Shown here: one piece after another, positions 52,301-64,000 of the stretch
Numbering within the stretch: the stretch's first letter is position 1
Layout of the letters: every line of letters starts with the position of its first letter
NCBI GenBank assembly: GCA_964016885.1
Contig: OZ024741.1
Coordinates: forward strand, 100,316,001-100,380,000
Length of the DNA stretch: 64,000 nucleotides
Source: Eledone cirrhosa
Lineage: Eukaryota
Direction: 5' to 3'
Program-made: the position numbers and the translations under genes
Notes under the pieces: model-generated
The model's database searches: none
Told to the model about the DNA's origin: nothing
What the model saw: only the letters and a program-made list of their open reading frames with translations

Positions 52301-52775
52301 GTGTTATGTTGTAGTGTTTTACATAGGTGGTGCTTTATGTCCTAGTGTGTTATGTTGTAGTGTTTTACATAGGTGGTGCTTTATGTCCTAGTGTGTTATG
52401 TTGTAGTGTTTTACATAGGTGGTTCTTTATGTCCTAGTGTGTTATGTTGTAGTATTTTACATAGGTGGTGCTTTATGTCTTAGTGTTTTATGTTGTAGTG
52501 TTTTACATAGGTGGTGCTTTATGTCCTAGTGTGTTATGTTGTAGTGTTTTACATAGGTAGTGTAATATGTCCTACTGCGTTATGTTGTAGTATTTTACAT
52601 AGGTGGTGCTTTATGTCCTAGTGTGTTATGTTGTAGTGTTTTACATGGGTGGTGCTTTATGTCCTAGTGTGTTATATTGTAGTATTTTACATAGGTGATG
52701 CTTTATGTCCTAGTGTGTTATGTTGTAGTGTTTTACATAGGTGGTGCTCTATGTCCTAGTGTGTTATGTTGTAGT
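37287..52775. repeat. Higher-order repeat of 4414 bp (96 monomers minus 2 bp), about 3.5 units long, with one unit shortened to 2254 bp (49 monomers)
   Basis: TACTGCG at 41491, 45905, 48159, 52573 (spacings 4414, 2254, 4414). GCTGTAG at 37502, 41916, 46330, 48584. ggttCATT at 39367, 43781, 50449. Confidence 0.93.
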
Positions 52776-53757
52776 ATTTTACATAGGTGGTGCTTTATAT
52801 CCTAGTGTGTTATGTTGTAGTATTTTACATAGGTGGTTCTTTATGTCCTAGTGTGTTATGTTGTAGTATTTTACATAGGTGGTGCATTATGTCCTAGTGT
52901 GTTATGTTGTAGTGTTTTACATAGGTGGTGCTTTATGTCCTAGTGTGTTATGTTGTAGTGTTTTACATAGGTGGTGCTTTATGTCCTAGTGTGTTATGTT
53001 GTAGTGTTTTACATAGGTGGTGCTTTATGTCCTAATGTTTTATGTTGTAGTGTTTAACATAGGTGGTGCTTTATGTCCTAGTGTATTATGTTGTAGTATT
53101 TTACATAGGTTGTGCTTTATGTCCTAGTGTGTTATGTTGTAGTATTTTACATAGGGGGTGCTTTATGTCCTAGTGTGTTATTTTGTAGTGTTTTACATAG
53201 GTAGTGCTTTATGTCCTAGTGTGTTATGTTGTAGTGTTTTACATAGGTGGTGCTTTATGTCCTAGTGTGTTATGTTGTAGTGTTTTACATAGGTGGTGCT
53301 TTATGTCCTAGTGTGTTATGTTGTAGTGTTTTACATAGGTGGTTCTTTATGTCCTAGTGTGTTATGTTGTAGTATTTTACATAGGTGGTGCTTTATGTCT
53401 TAGTGTTTTATGTTGTAGTGTTTTACATAGGTGGTGCTTTATGTCCTAGTGTGTTATGTTGTAGTGTTTTACATAGGTAGTGTAATATGTCCTACTGCGT
53501 TATGTTGTAGTATTTTACATAGGTGGTGCTTTATGTCCTAGTGTGTTATGTTGTAGTGTTTTACATGGGTGGTGCTTTATGTCCTAGTGTGTTATATTGT
53601 AGTATTTTACATAGGTGATGCTTTATGTCCTAGTGTGTTATGTTGTAGTGTTTTACATAGGTGGTGCTCTATGTCCTAGTGTGTTATGTTGTAGTATTTT
53701 ACATAGGTGGTGCTTTATATCCTAGTGTGTTATGTTGTAGTATTTTACATAGGTGGT
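51903..53757. repeat. Tandem duplication of a 920-bp unit (exactly 20 monomers)
   Basis: TACTGCG 52573/53493. The match runs from 51903/52823 to 52837/53757, bounded by mismatches on each side. Confidence 0.88.
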
Positions 53758-56700
53758 GCTTAATGTCCTAGTGTGTTATGTTGTAGTGTTTTACATAGGT
53801 GATGCTTTATGTCCTAGTGTGTTATGTTGTAGTGTTTTACATAGGTGGTGCTTTATGTCCTAGTGTGTTATGTTCTAGTATTTTACATAGGTGGTGCTTT
53901 ATGTCTTAGTGTGTTTTGTTGTAGTGTTTTACATAGGTGGTGCTTTATGTCCTAGTGTGTTATGTTGTAGTGTTTTACATAGGTAGTGTAATATGTCCTA
54001 CTGTGTTATGTTGTAGTATTTTACATAGGTGGTGCTTTATGTCCTAGTGTGTTATGTTGTAGTGTTTTACATGGGTGGTGCTTTATGTCCTAGTGTGTTA
54101 TATTGTAGTGTTTTACATAGGTGATGCTTTATGTCCTAGTGTGTTATGTTGTAGTGTTTTACATAGGTGGTGCTCTATGTCCTAGTGTGTTATGTTGTAG
54201 TATTTTACATAGGTGGTGCTTTATGTCCTAGTGTGTTATGTTGTAGTATTTTACATAGGTGGTGCTTAATGTCCTAGTGTGTTATGTTGTAGTGTTTTAC
54301 ATAGGTGATGCTTTATGTCCTAATGTGTTATGTTGTAGTGTTTTACATAGGTGGTGCTTTATGTCCTAGTGTGTTATGCTGTAGTGTTTTACATACGTGG
54401 TGCTTTATGTCCTAGTGTGTTATGTTGTAGTGTTTTACATAGGTGGTGCTTTATGTCCTAGTGTGTTATGTTGTAGTATGTTACATAGGTGGTGCTTTAT
54501 GTCCTAGTGTGTTATGTGGTAGTGTTTTACATAGGTGGTGCTTTATGTCCTAGTGTGTTATGTTGTAGTGTTTTACATAGGTGGTGCTTTATGTCCTAAT
54601 GTGTTATGGTGTAGTATTTTACATAGGTGGTGCTTTATGTCCTAGTGTGTTATGTTGTAGTATTTTACATAGGTTGTGCTTTATGTCCTAGTGTGTTATG
54701 TTGTAGTATTTTACATAGGGGTGCTTTATGTCCTAGTGTGTTATGTTGTAGTGTTTTACATAGGTAGTGCTTTATGTCCTAGTGTGTTATGTTGTAGTGT
54801 TTTACATAGGTGGTGCTTTATGTCCTAGTGTGTTATGTTGTAGTGTTTTACATAGGTGCTGCTTTATGTCCTAGTGTGTTATGTTGTAGTGTTTTAAATA
54901 GGTGGTGTTTTATGTCCTAGTGTGTTATGTTGTAGTGTTTTACATAGGTGGTGCTTTATGTCCTAGTGTGTTATGTTGTAGTGTTTTACATAGGTGGTGC
55001 TTTATGTCCTAGTGTGTTATGTTGTAGTGTTTTACATAGGTGGTGCTTTATGTCCTAATGCGTTATGTTGTAGTGTTTTACATAGGTGGTGCTTTATGTC
55101 CTAGTGTGTTTTGTTGTAGTAGTTTACATAGGTTGTGCTTTATGTCCTAGTGTGTTATGTTGTAATATTTTACATAGGGGGTGCTTTATGTCCTAGTGTG
55201 TTATTTTGTAGTGTTTTACATAGGTAGTGCTTTATGTCCTAGTGTGTTATGTTGTAGTGTTTTACATAGGTGGTGCTTTATGTCCTAGTGTGTTATGTTG
55301 TAGTGTTTTTCATAGGTGGTGCTTTATGTCCTAATGTGTTATGTTGTAGTGTTTTACATAGGTGGTGCTTTATGACATAGTGTGTTATGTTGTAGTATTT
55401 TACATAGGTGGTGTTTTATGTCCTAGTGTGTTATGTTGTGGTGTTTTACATAGGTGGTGCTTTATGTCCTAGTGTGTTATGTTGTAGTGTTTTACATAGG
55501 TGGTGCTTTATGTCCTAATGTGTTATGTTGTAGTGTTTTACATAGATGGTGCTTTATCTCCTAGTGTGTTATGTTGTAGTATTTTACATAGGTTGTGGTT
55601 TATGTCCTAGTGTGTTATGTTGTAGTATTTTACATAGGGGGTGCTTTATATCCTAGTGTGTTATTTTGTAGTGTTTTACATAGGTAGGTCTTTATGTCCT
55701 AGTGTGTTATGTTGTAGTGTTTTACATAGGTGGTGCTTTATGTCCTAGTGTGTTATGTTGTAGTGTTTTACATAGGTGGTGCTTTATGTCCTAGTGTGTT
55801 ATGTTGTAGTGTTTTACATATGTGGTTCTTTATGTCCTAGTGTGTTATGTTGTAGTATTTTACATAGGTGGTGCTTTATGTCTTAGTGTGTTATGTTGTA
55901 GTGTTTTATATAGGTGGTGCTTTATGTCCTAGTGTGTTATGTTGTAGTGTTTTACATAGGTAGTGCTTTATGTCCTAGTGTGTTATGTTGTAGTATCTTA
56001 CATAGGTGGTGCTTAATGTCCTAGTGTGTTATATTGTAGTATTTTACATAGGTTGTGCTATATCTCCTAGTGTGTTATGTTGTAGTGTTTTACATAGGTG
56101 GTGCTTTATGTCCTAGTGTGTTATGTTGTAGTGTTTTACATAGGTGGTGCTTTATGTCCTAGTGTGTTATGTTCTAGTATTTTACATAGGTGGTGCTGTA
56201 TGCCCTAGTGTGTTATGTTCTAGTATTTTACATAGGTGGTGCTTTATGTCCTAGTGTGTTATGTTGTAGTATTTTACATAGGTGGTGCTTTATGTCCTAA
56301 TGTGTTATGTTGTAGTGTTTAACATAGGTGGTGCTTTGTGTCCTAGTGTGTTATGTTGTAGTGTTTACATAGGTGGTGCTTTATGTCCTAGTGTGTTATG
56401 TTGTAGTATTTTACATAGGTGGTGCTTTATGTCCTAGTGTGTTATATTGTAGTGTTTACATAGGTGGTGCTTTATGACCTAGTGTGTTATGTTGTAGTAT
56501 TTTACATAGGTGGTGCTTTATGTCCTAGTGTGTTATGTTGTAGTATTTTACATAGGTGGTGCTTTATGTCCTAGTGTGTTATGTTGTAGTAATTTACATA
56601 GGTGGTGCTTTATGTCCTAGTGTGTTATGTTGTAGTGTTTTACATGGGTGGTGCTTTATGTCCTAGTGTGTTATATTGTGGTGTTTGACATAGGTGGTGC

Positions 56701-57299
56701 TTTATGTCCTAGTGTGTTATGTTGTAGTGTTTTACATAGGTGGTGCTTTATGTCCTAGTGTGTTATGTTGTAGTGTTTTACATAGGTGGTGCTTTATGTC
56801 CTAGTGTGTTATGTTGTAGTGTTTTACATAGGTGGTGCTTTATGTCCTAGTGTGTTATGTTGTAGTGTTTTACATAGGTAGTGCTTTATGTCCTAGTGTG
56901 TTATGTTGTAGTATCTTACATAGGTGGTGCTTAATGTCCTAGTGTGTTATGTTGTAGTGTTTTACATAGGTGGTGCTTTATGTCCTAGTGTGTTATGTTG
57001 TAGTGTTTTACATAGGTGGTGCTTTATGTCCTAGTGTGTTATGTTGTAGTGTTTTACATAGGTGGTGCTTTATGACCTAGTGTGTTATGTTGTAGTATTT
57101 TACATAGGTGGTGTTTTATGTCCTAGTGTGTTATGTTGTAGTGTTTTACATAGGTGGTGCTTTATGTCCTAGTGTGTTATGTTGTAGTGTTTTACATAGG
57201 TGGTTCTTTATGTCCTAGTGTGTTATGTTGTAGTATTTTACATAGGTGGTGCATTATGTCCTAGTGTGTTATGTTGTAGTGTTTTACATAGGTGGTGCT

Positions 57300-60200
57300 T
57301 TATGTCCTAGTGTGTTATGTTGTAGTGTTTTACATAGGTGGTGCTTTATGTCCTAGTGTGTTATGTTGTAGTGTTTTACATAGGTGGTGCTTTATGTCCT
57401 AATGTTTTATGTTGTAGTGTTTTACATAGGTGGTGCTTTATGTCCTAGTGTATTATGTTGTAGTATTTTACATAGGTTGTGCTTTATGTCCTAGTGTGTT
57501 ATGTTGTAGTATTTTACATAGGGGGTGCTTTATGTCCTAGTGTGTTATTTTGTAGTGTTTTACATGGGTGGTGCTTTATGTCCTAGTGTGTTATATTGTA
57601 GTGTTTTACATAGGTGATGCTTTATGTCCTAGTGTGTTATGTTGTAGTGTTTTACATAGGTGGTGCTCTATGTCCTAGTGTGTTATGTTGTAGTATTTTA
57701 CATAGGTGGTGCTTTATATCCTAGTGTGTTATGTTGTAGTATTTTACATAGGTGGTGCTTAATGTCCTAGTGTGTTATGTTGTAGTGTTTTACATAGGTG
57801 ATGCTTTATGTCCTAGTGTGTTATGTTGTAGTGTTTTACATAGGTGGTGCTTTATGTCCTAGTGTGTTATGTTCTAGTATTTTACATAGGTGGTGCTTTA
57901 TGTCCTAGTGTGTTATGTTGTAGTGTTTTACATAGGTGGTGCTTTATGTCCTAGTGTGTTATGTTGTAGTGTTTTACATAGGTGGTGCTTTATGTCCTAG
58001 TGTGTTATGTTGTAGTGTTTTACATAGGTGGTGCTTTATGTCCTAATGTTTTATGTTGTAGTGTTTTACATAGGTGGTGCTTTATGTCCTAGTGTATTAT
58101 GTTGTAGTATTTTACATAGGTTGTGCTTTATGTCCTAGTGTGTTATGTTGTAGTATTTTACATAGGGGGTGCTTTATGTCCTAGTGTGTTATTTTGTAGT
58201 GTTTTACATGGGTGGTGCTTTATGTCCTAGTGTGTTATATTGTAGTGTTTTACATAGGTGATGCTTTATGTCCTAGTGTGTTATGTTGTAGTGTTTTACA
58301 TAGGTGGTGCTCTATGTCCTAGTGTGTTATGTTGTAGTATTTTACATAGGTGGTGCTTTATATCCTAGTGTGTTATGTTGTAGTATTTTACATAGGTGGT
58401 GCTTAATGTCCTAGTGTGTTATGTTGTAGTATTTTACATAGGTGGTGCTTAATGTCCTAGTGTGTTATGTTGTAGTGTTTTACATAGGTGATGCTTTATG
58501 TCCTAGTGTGTTATGTTGTAGTGTTTTACATAGGTGGTGCTTTATGTCCTAGTGTGTTATGTTGTAGTGTTTTACATAGGTGGTGCTTTATGTCCTAATG
58601 TTTTATGTTGTAGTGTTTTACATAGGTGGTGCTTTATGTCCTAGTGTATTATGTTCTAGTATTTTACATAGGTGGTGCTTTATGTCCTAGTGTGTTATGT
58701 TGTAGTATTTTACATAGGTGGTGCTTTATGTCCTAATGTGTTATGTTGTAGTGTTTAACATAGGTGGTGCTTTGTGTCCTAGTGTGTTATGTTGTAGTGT
58801 TTACATAGGTGGTGCTTTATGTCCTAGTGTGTTATGTTGTAGTATTTTACATAGGTGGTGCTTTATGTCCTAGTGTGTTATATTGTAGTGTTTACATAGG
58901 TGGTGCTTTATGACCTAGTGTGTTATGTTGTAGTATTTTACATAGGTGGTGCTTTATGTCCTAGTGTGTTATGTTGTAGTATTTTACATAGGTGGTGCTT
59001 TATGTCCTAGTGTGTTATGTTGTAGTAATTTACATAGGTGGTGCTTTATGTCCTAGTGTGTTATGTTGTAGTGTTTTACATGGGTGGTGCTTTATGTCCT
59101 AGTGTGTTATATTGTGGTGTTTGACATAGGTGGTGCTTTATGTCCTAGTGTGTTATGTTGTAGTGTTTTACATAGGTGGTGCTTTATGTCCTAGTGTGTT
59201 ATGTTGTAGTGTTTTACATAGGTAGTGCTTTATGTCCTAGTGTGTTATGTTGTAGTATCTTACATAGGTGGTGCTTAATGTCCTAGTGTGTTATGTTGTA
59301 GTATTTTACATAGGTGGTGCATTATGTCCTAGTGTGTTATGTTGTAGTGTTTTACATAGGTGGTGCTTTATGTCCTAGTGTGTTATGTTGTAGTGTTTTA
59401 CATAGGTGGTGCTTTATGTCCTAGTGTGTTATGTTTTAGTGTTTTACATAGGTGGTGCTTTATGTCCTAATGTTTTATGTTGTAGTGTTTTACATAGGTG
59501 GTGCTTTATGTCCTAGTGTATTATGTTGTAGTATTTTACATAGGTTGTGCTTTATGTCCTAGTGTGTTATGTTGTAGTATTTTACATAGGGGGTGCTTTA
59601 TGTCCTAGTGTGTTATTTTGTAGTGTTTTACATGGGTGGTGCTTTATGTCCTAGTGTGTTATATTGTAGTGTTTTACATAGGTGATGCTTTATGTCCTAG
59701 TGTGTTATGTTGTAGTGTTTTACATAGGTGGTGCTCTATGTCCTAGTGTGTTATGTTGTAGTATTTTACATAGGTGGTGCTTTATATCCTAGTGTGTTAT
59801 GTTGTAGTATTTTACATAGGTGGTGCTTAATGTCCTAGTGTGTTATGTTGTAGTGTTTTACATAGGTGATGCGTTATGTCCTAGTGTGTTATGTTGTAGT
59901 GTTTTACATAGGTGGTGCTTTATGTCCTAGTGTGTTATGTTCTAGTATTTTACATAGGTGGTGCTTTATGTCCTAGTGTGTTATGTTGTAGTGTTTTACA
60001 TAGGTGGTGCTTTATGTCCTAGTGTGTTATGTTGTAGTGTTTTACATAGGTGGTGCTTTATGTCCTAGTGTGTTATGTTGTAGTGTTTTACATAGGTGGT
60101 GCTTTATGTCCTAATGTTTTATGTTGTAGTGTTTTACATAGGTGGTGCTTTATGTCCTAGTGTATTATGTTGTAGCATTTTACATAGCTTGTGCTTTATG

Positions 60201-61100
60201 TCCTAGTGTGTTATGTTGTAGTATTTTACATAGGCGGTGCTTTATGTCCTAGTGTGTTATTTTGTAGTGTTTTACATGGGTGGTGCTTTATGTCCTAGTG
60301 TGTTATATTGTAGTGTTTTACATAGGTGATGCTTTATGTCCTAGTGTGTTATGTTGTAGTGTTTTACATAGGTGGTGCTCTATGTCCTAGTGTGTTATGT
60401 TGTAGTATTTTACATAGGTGGTGCTTTATATCCTAGTGTGTTATGTTGTAGTATTTTACATAGGTGGTGCTTAATTTCCTAGTGTGTTATGTTGTAGTAT
60501 TTTACATAGGTGGTGCTTAATGTCCTAGTGTGTTATGTTGTAGTGTTTTACATAGGTGATGCTTTATGTCCTAGTGTGTTATGTTGTAGTGTTTTACATA
60601 GGTGGTGCTTTATGTCCTAGTGTGTTATGTTGTAGTGTTTTACATAGGTGGTGCTTTATGTCCTAATGTTTTATGTTGTAGTGTTTTACATAGGTGGTGC
60701 TTTATGTCCTAGTGTATTATGTTGTAGTATTTTACATAGGTTGTGCTTTATGTCCTAGTGTGTTATGTTGTAGTATTTTACATAGGGGGTGCTTTATGTC
60801 CTAGTGTGTTATTTTGTAGTGTTTTACATGGGTGGTGCTTTATGTCCTAGTGTGTTATATTGTAGTGTTTTACATAGGTGATGCTTTATGTCCTAGTGTG
60901 TTATGTTGTAGTGTTTTACATAGGTGGTGCTCTATGTCCTAGTGTGTTATGTTGTAGTATTTTACATAGGTGGTGCTTTATATCCTAGTGTGTTATGTTG
61001 TAGTATTTTACATAGGTGGTGCTTAATGTCCTAGTGTGTTATGTTGTAGTGTTTTACATAGGTGATGCTTTATGTCCTAGTGTGTTATGTTGTAGTGTTT
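57300..61100. repeat. Short higher-order cassette of 12-14 monomers (552/644 bp), itself duplicated at 2068 bp
   Basis: AATGTTTTAT marker at 57401, 58045, 58597, 59469, 60113, 60665 (spacings 644, 552, 872, 644, 552). Confidence 0.82.
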
Positions 61101-64000
61101 TACATAGGTGGTGCTTTATGTTCTAGTGTGTTATGTTCTAGTATTTTACATAGGTGGTGCTTTATGTCTTAGTGTGTTATGTTGTAGTGTTTTACATAGG
61201 TGGTGTTTTATGTCCTAGTGTGTTATGTTGTAGTGTTTTACATAGGTAGTGTAATATGTCCTACTGTGTTATGTTGTAGTATTTTACATAGGTGGTGCTT
61301 TATGTCCTAGTGTGTTATGTTGTAGTGTTTTACATGGGTGGTGCTTTATGTCCTAGTGTGTTATATTGTAGTGTTTTACATAGGTGATGCTTTATGTCCT
61401 AGTGTGTTATGTTGTAGTGTTTTACATAGGTGGTGCTCTATGTCCTAGTGTGTTATGTTGTAGTATTTTACATAGGTAGTGCTTTATGTCCTAGTGTGTT
61501 ATGTTGTAGTATTTTACATAGGTGGTGCTTAATATCCTAGTGTGTTATGTTGTAGTGTTTTACATAGGTGATGCTTTATGTCCTAATGTGTTATGTTGTA
61601 GTGTTTTACATAGGTGGTGCTTTATGTCCTAGTGTGTTATGCTGTAGTGTTTTACATACGTGGTGCTTTATGTCCTAGTGTGTTATGTTGTAGTGTTTTA
61701 CATAGGTGGTGCTTTATGTCCTAGTGTGTTATGTTGTAGTATGTTACATAGGTGGTGCTTTATGTCCTAGTGTGTTATGTGGTAGTGTTTTACATAGGTG
61801 GTGCTTTATGTCCTAGTGTGTTATGTTGTAGTGTTTTACATAGGTGGTGCTTTATGTCCTAGTGTGTTATGTTGTAGTATTTTACATAGGTGGTGCTTTA
61901 TGTCCTATTGTGTTATGTTGTAGTATTTTACATAGGTTGTGCTTTATGTCCTAGTGTGTTATGTTGTAGTATTTTACATAGGGGTGCTTTATGTCCTAGT
62001 GTGTTATGTTGTAGTGTTTTACATAGGTAGTGCTTTATGTCCTAGTGTGTTATGTTGTAGTGTTTTACATAGGTGGTGCTTTATGTCCTAATGTTTTATG
62101 TTGTAGTGTTTTACATAGGTGGTGCTTTATGTCCTAGTGTATTATGTTGTAGTATTTTACATAGGTTGTGCTTTATGTCCTAGTGTGTTATGTTGTAGTA
62201 TTTTACATAGGCGGTGCTTTATGTCCTAGTGTGTTATTTTGTAGTGTTTTACATGGGTGGTGCTTTATGTCCTAGTGTGTTATATTGTAGTGTTTTACAT
62301 AGGTGATGCTTTATGTCCTAGTGTGTTATGTTGTAGTGTTTTACATAGGTGGTGCTCTATGTCCTAGTGTGTTATGTTGTAGTATTTTACATAGGTGGTG
62401 CTTTATATCCTAGTGTGTTATGTTGTAGTATTTTACATAGGTGGTGCTTAATGTCCTAGTGTGTTATGTTGTAGTATTTTACATAGGTGGTGCTTAATGT
62501 CCTAGTGTGTTATGTTGTAGTGTTTTACATAGGTGATGCTTTATGTCCTAGTGTGTTATGTTGTAGTGTTTTACATAGGTGGTGCTTTATGTCCTAGTGT
62601 GTTATGTTGTAGTGTTTTACATAGGTGGTGCTTTATGTCCTAATGTTTTATGTTGTAGTGTTTTACATAGGTGGTGCTTTATGTCCTAGTGTATTATGTT
62701 GTAGTATTTTACATAGGTTGTGCTTTATGTCCTAGTGTGTTATGTTGTAGTATTTTACATAGGGGGTGCTTTATGTCCTAGTGTGTTATTTTGTAGTGTT
62801 TTACATGGGTGGTGCTTTATGTCCTAGTGTGTTATATTGTAGTGTTTTACATAGGTGATGCTTTATGTCCTAGTGTGTTATGTTGTAGTGTTTTACATAG
62901 GTGGTGCTCTATGTCCTAGTGTGTTATGTTGTAGTATTTTACATAGGTGGTGCTTTATATCCTAGTGTGTTATGTTGTAGTATTTTACATAGGTGGTGCT
63001 TAATGTCCTAGTGTGTTATGTTGTAGTGTTTTACATAGGTGATGCTTTATGTCCTAGTGTGTTATGTTGTAGTGTTTTACATAGGTGGTGCTTTATGTTC
63101 TAGTGTGTTATGTTCTAGTATTTTACATAGGTGGTGCTTTATGTCTTAGTGTGTTATGTTGTAGTGTTTTACATAGGTGGTGTTTTATGTCCTAGTGTGT
63201 TATGTTGTAGTGTTTTACATAGGTAGTGTAATATGTCCTACTGTGTTATGTTGTAGTATTTTACATAGGTGGTGCTTTATGTCCTAGTGTGTTATGTTGT
63301 AGTGTTTTACATGGGTGGTGCTTTATGTCCTAGTGTGTTATATTGTAGTGTTTTACATAGGTGATGCTTTATGTCCTAGTGTGTTATGTTGTAGTGTTTT
63401 ACATAGGTGGTGCTCTATGTCCTAGTGTGTTATGTTGTAGTATTTTACATAGGTAGTGCTTTATGTCCTAGTGTGTTATGTTGTAGTATTTTACATAGGT
63501 GGTGCTTAATATCCTAGTGTGTTATGTTGTAGTGTTTTACATAGGTGATGCTTTATGTCCTAATGTGTTATGTTGTAGTGTTTTACATAGGTGGTGCTTT
63601 ATGTCCTAGTGTGTTATGCTGTAGTGTTTTACATACGTGGTGCTTTATGTCCTAGTGTGTTATGTTGTAGTGTTTTACATAGGTGGTGCTTTATGTCCTA
63701 GTGTGTTATGTTGTAGTATGTTACATAGGTGGTGCTTTATGTCCTAGTGTGTTATGTGGTAGTGTTTTACATAGGTGGTGCTTTATGTCCTAGTGTGTTA
63801 TGTTGTAGTGTTTTACATAGGTGGTGCTTTATGTCCTAGTGTGTTATGTTGTAGTATTTTACATAGGTGGTGCTTTATGTCCTATTGTGTTATGTTGTAG
63901 TATTTTACATAGGTTGTGCTTTATGTCCTAGTGTGTTATGTTGTAGTATTTTACATAGGGGTGCTTTATGTCCTAGTGTGTTATGTTGTAGTGTTTTACA
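60053..64000. repeat. Tandem duplication of a 1977-bp unit (43 monomers minus 1 bp), running off the window end
   Basis: aggCgg 60235/62212, TTCtag 61121/63098, TACtg 61262/63239, cataCg 61659/63636 and CCTATT 61904/63881 are all +1977. Confidence 0.92.

Larger units (their letters stand above)
1..64000. repeat. 46-bp tandem satellite array, about 1,390 head-to-tail monomers, running off both window edges
   Basis: CATAGG recurs every 46 bp (35, 81, 127, ... to the window end). Consensus base counts are T22 G13 A7 C4. Most monomers differ from consensus at 0-3 positions, with occasional 1-bp or 3-bp deletions. No non-repeat sequence was seen. Confidence 0.99.

Noticed and set aside
1-64000. 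CRISPR array or repeat-spacer system
   Set aside because: There are no unique spacers, leader or cas genes. The entire 46 bp repeats, with only point variants.
1-64000. Giant repetitive protein gene on either strand
   Set aside because: 46 is not a multiple of 3, so every frame cycles through the stops: three TAG per monomer on +, and three TAA plus one TAG on the - strand.
1-64000. Telomeric repeat, suggested by the G/T-rich strand
   Set aside because: No TTAGGG/TTAGG/TTTAGGG-type tract was seen. The 46-bp unit with inherited variants and kb-scale duplications fits recombination-based satellite evolution rather than telomerase synthesis. A subtelomeric location cannot be judged from this window.
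1-64000. Variant pattern as an encoded message or programmed diversification, and 4x46=184 bp as a nucleosome-length unit
   Set aside because: The variant order is explained by descent through duplication. The observed duplication sizes (12, 14, 17, 20, 33, 43, 45, 49, 54, 60, 96, 98, 111 monomers) show no consistent 4-monomer periodicity.

Overview
The whole 64 kb window is one uninterrupted, single-orientation tandem array of a 46-bp monomer (consensus CATAGGTGGTGCTTTATGTCCTAGTGTGTTATGTTGTAGTGTTTTA, about 1,390 copies, 37% GC, 76% G+T on the + strand). It has the character of eukaryotic satellite DNA. I see no genes, RNA genes, transposon insertions, inversions, CRISPR spacers or unique sequence, and I cannot assign the satellite to a named family or organism. 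The only ORF (32511..32714) comes from one monomer with indels. Three kinds of structure are visible. (i) The monomer is a diverged trimer of a 15/15/16-bp unit, with a TG/TG/CA pattern at one aligned position that suggests an ancestral CpG. (ii) Rare variants reveal nested segmental duplications or higher-order repeats (offsets 5095, 780, 4503/4457, 1515, 2757, 2482, 4414/2254, 920, 644/552, 2068 and 1977 bp). (iii) Diagnostic variants turn over from left to right. All offsets were counted by hand from marker variants, and block ends are approximate. The sequence does not support a new protein-coding or defence system. The interest lies in satellite architecture and evolution.
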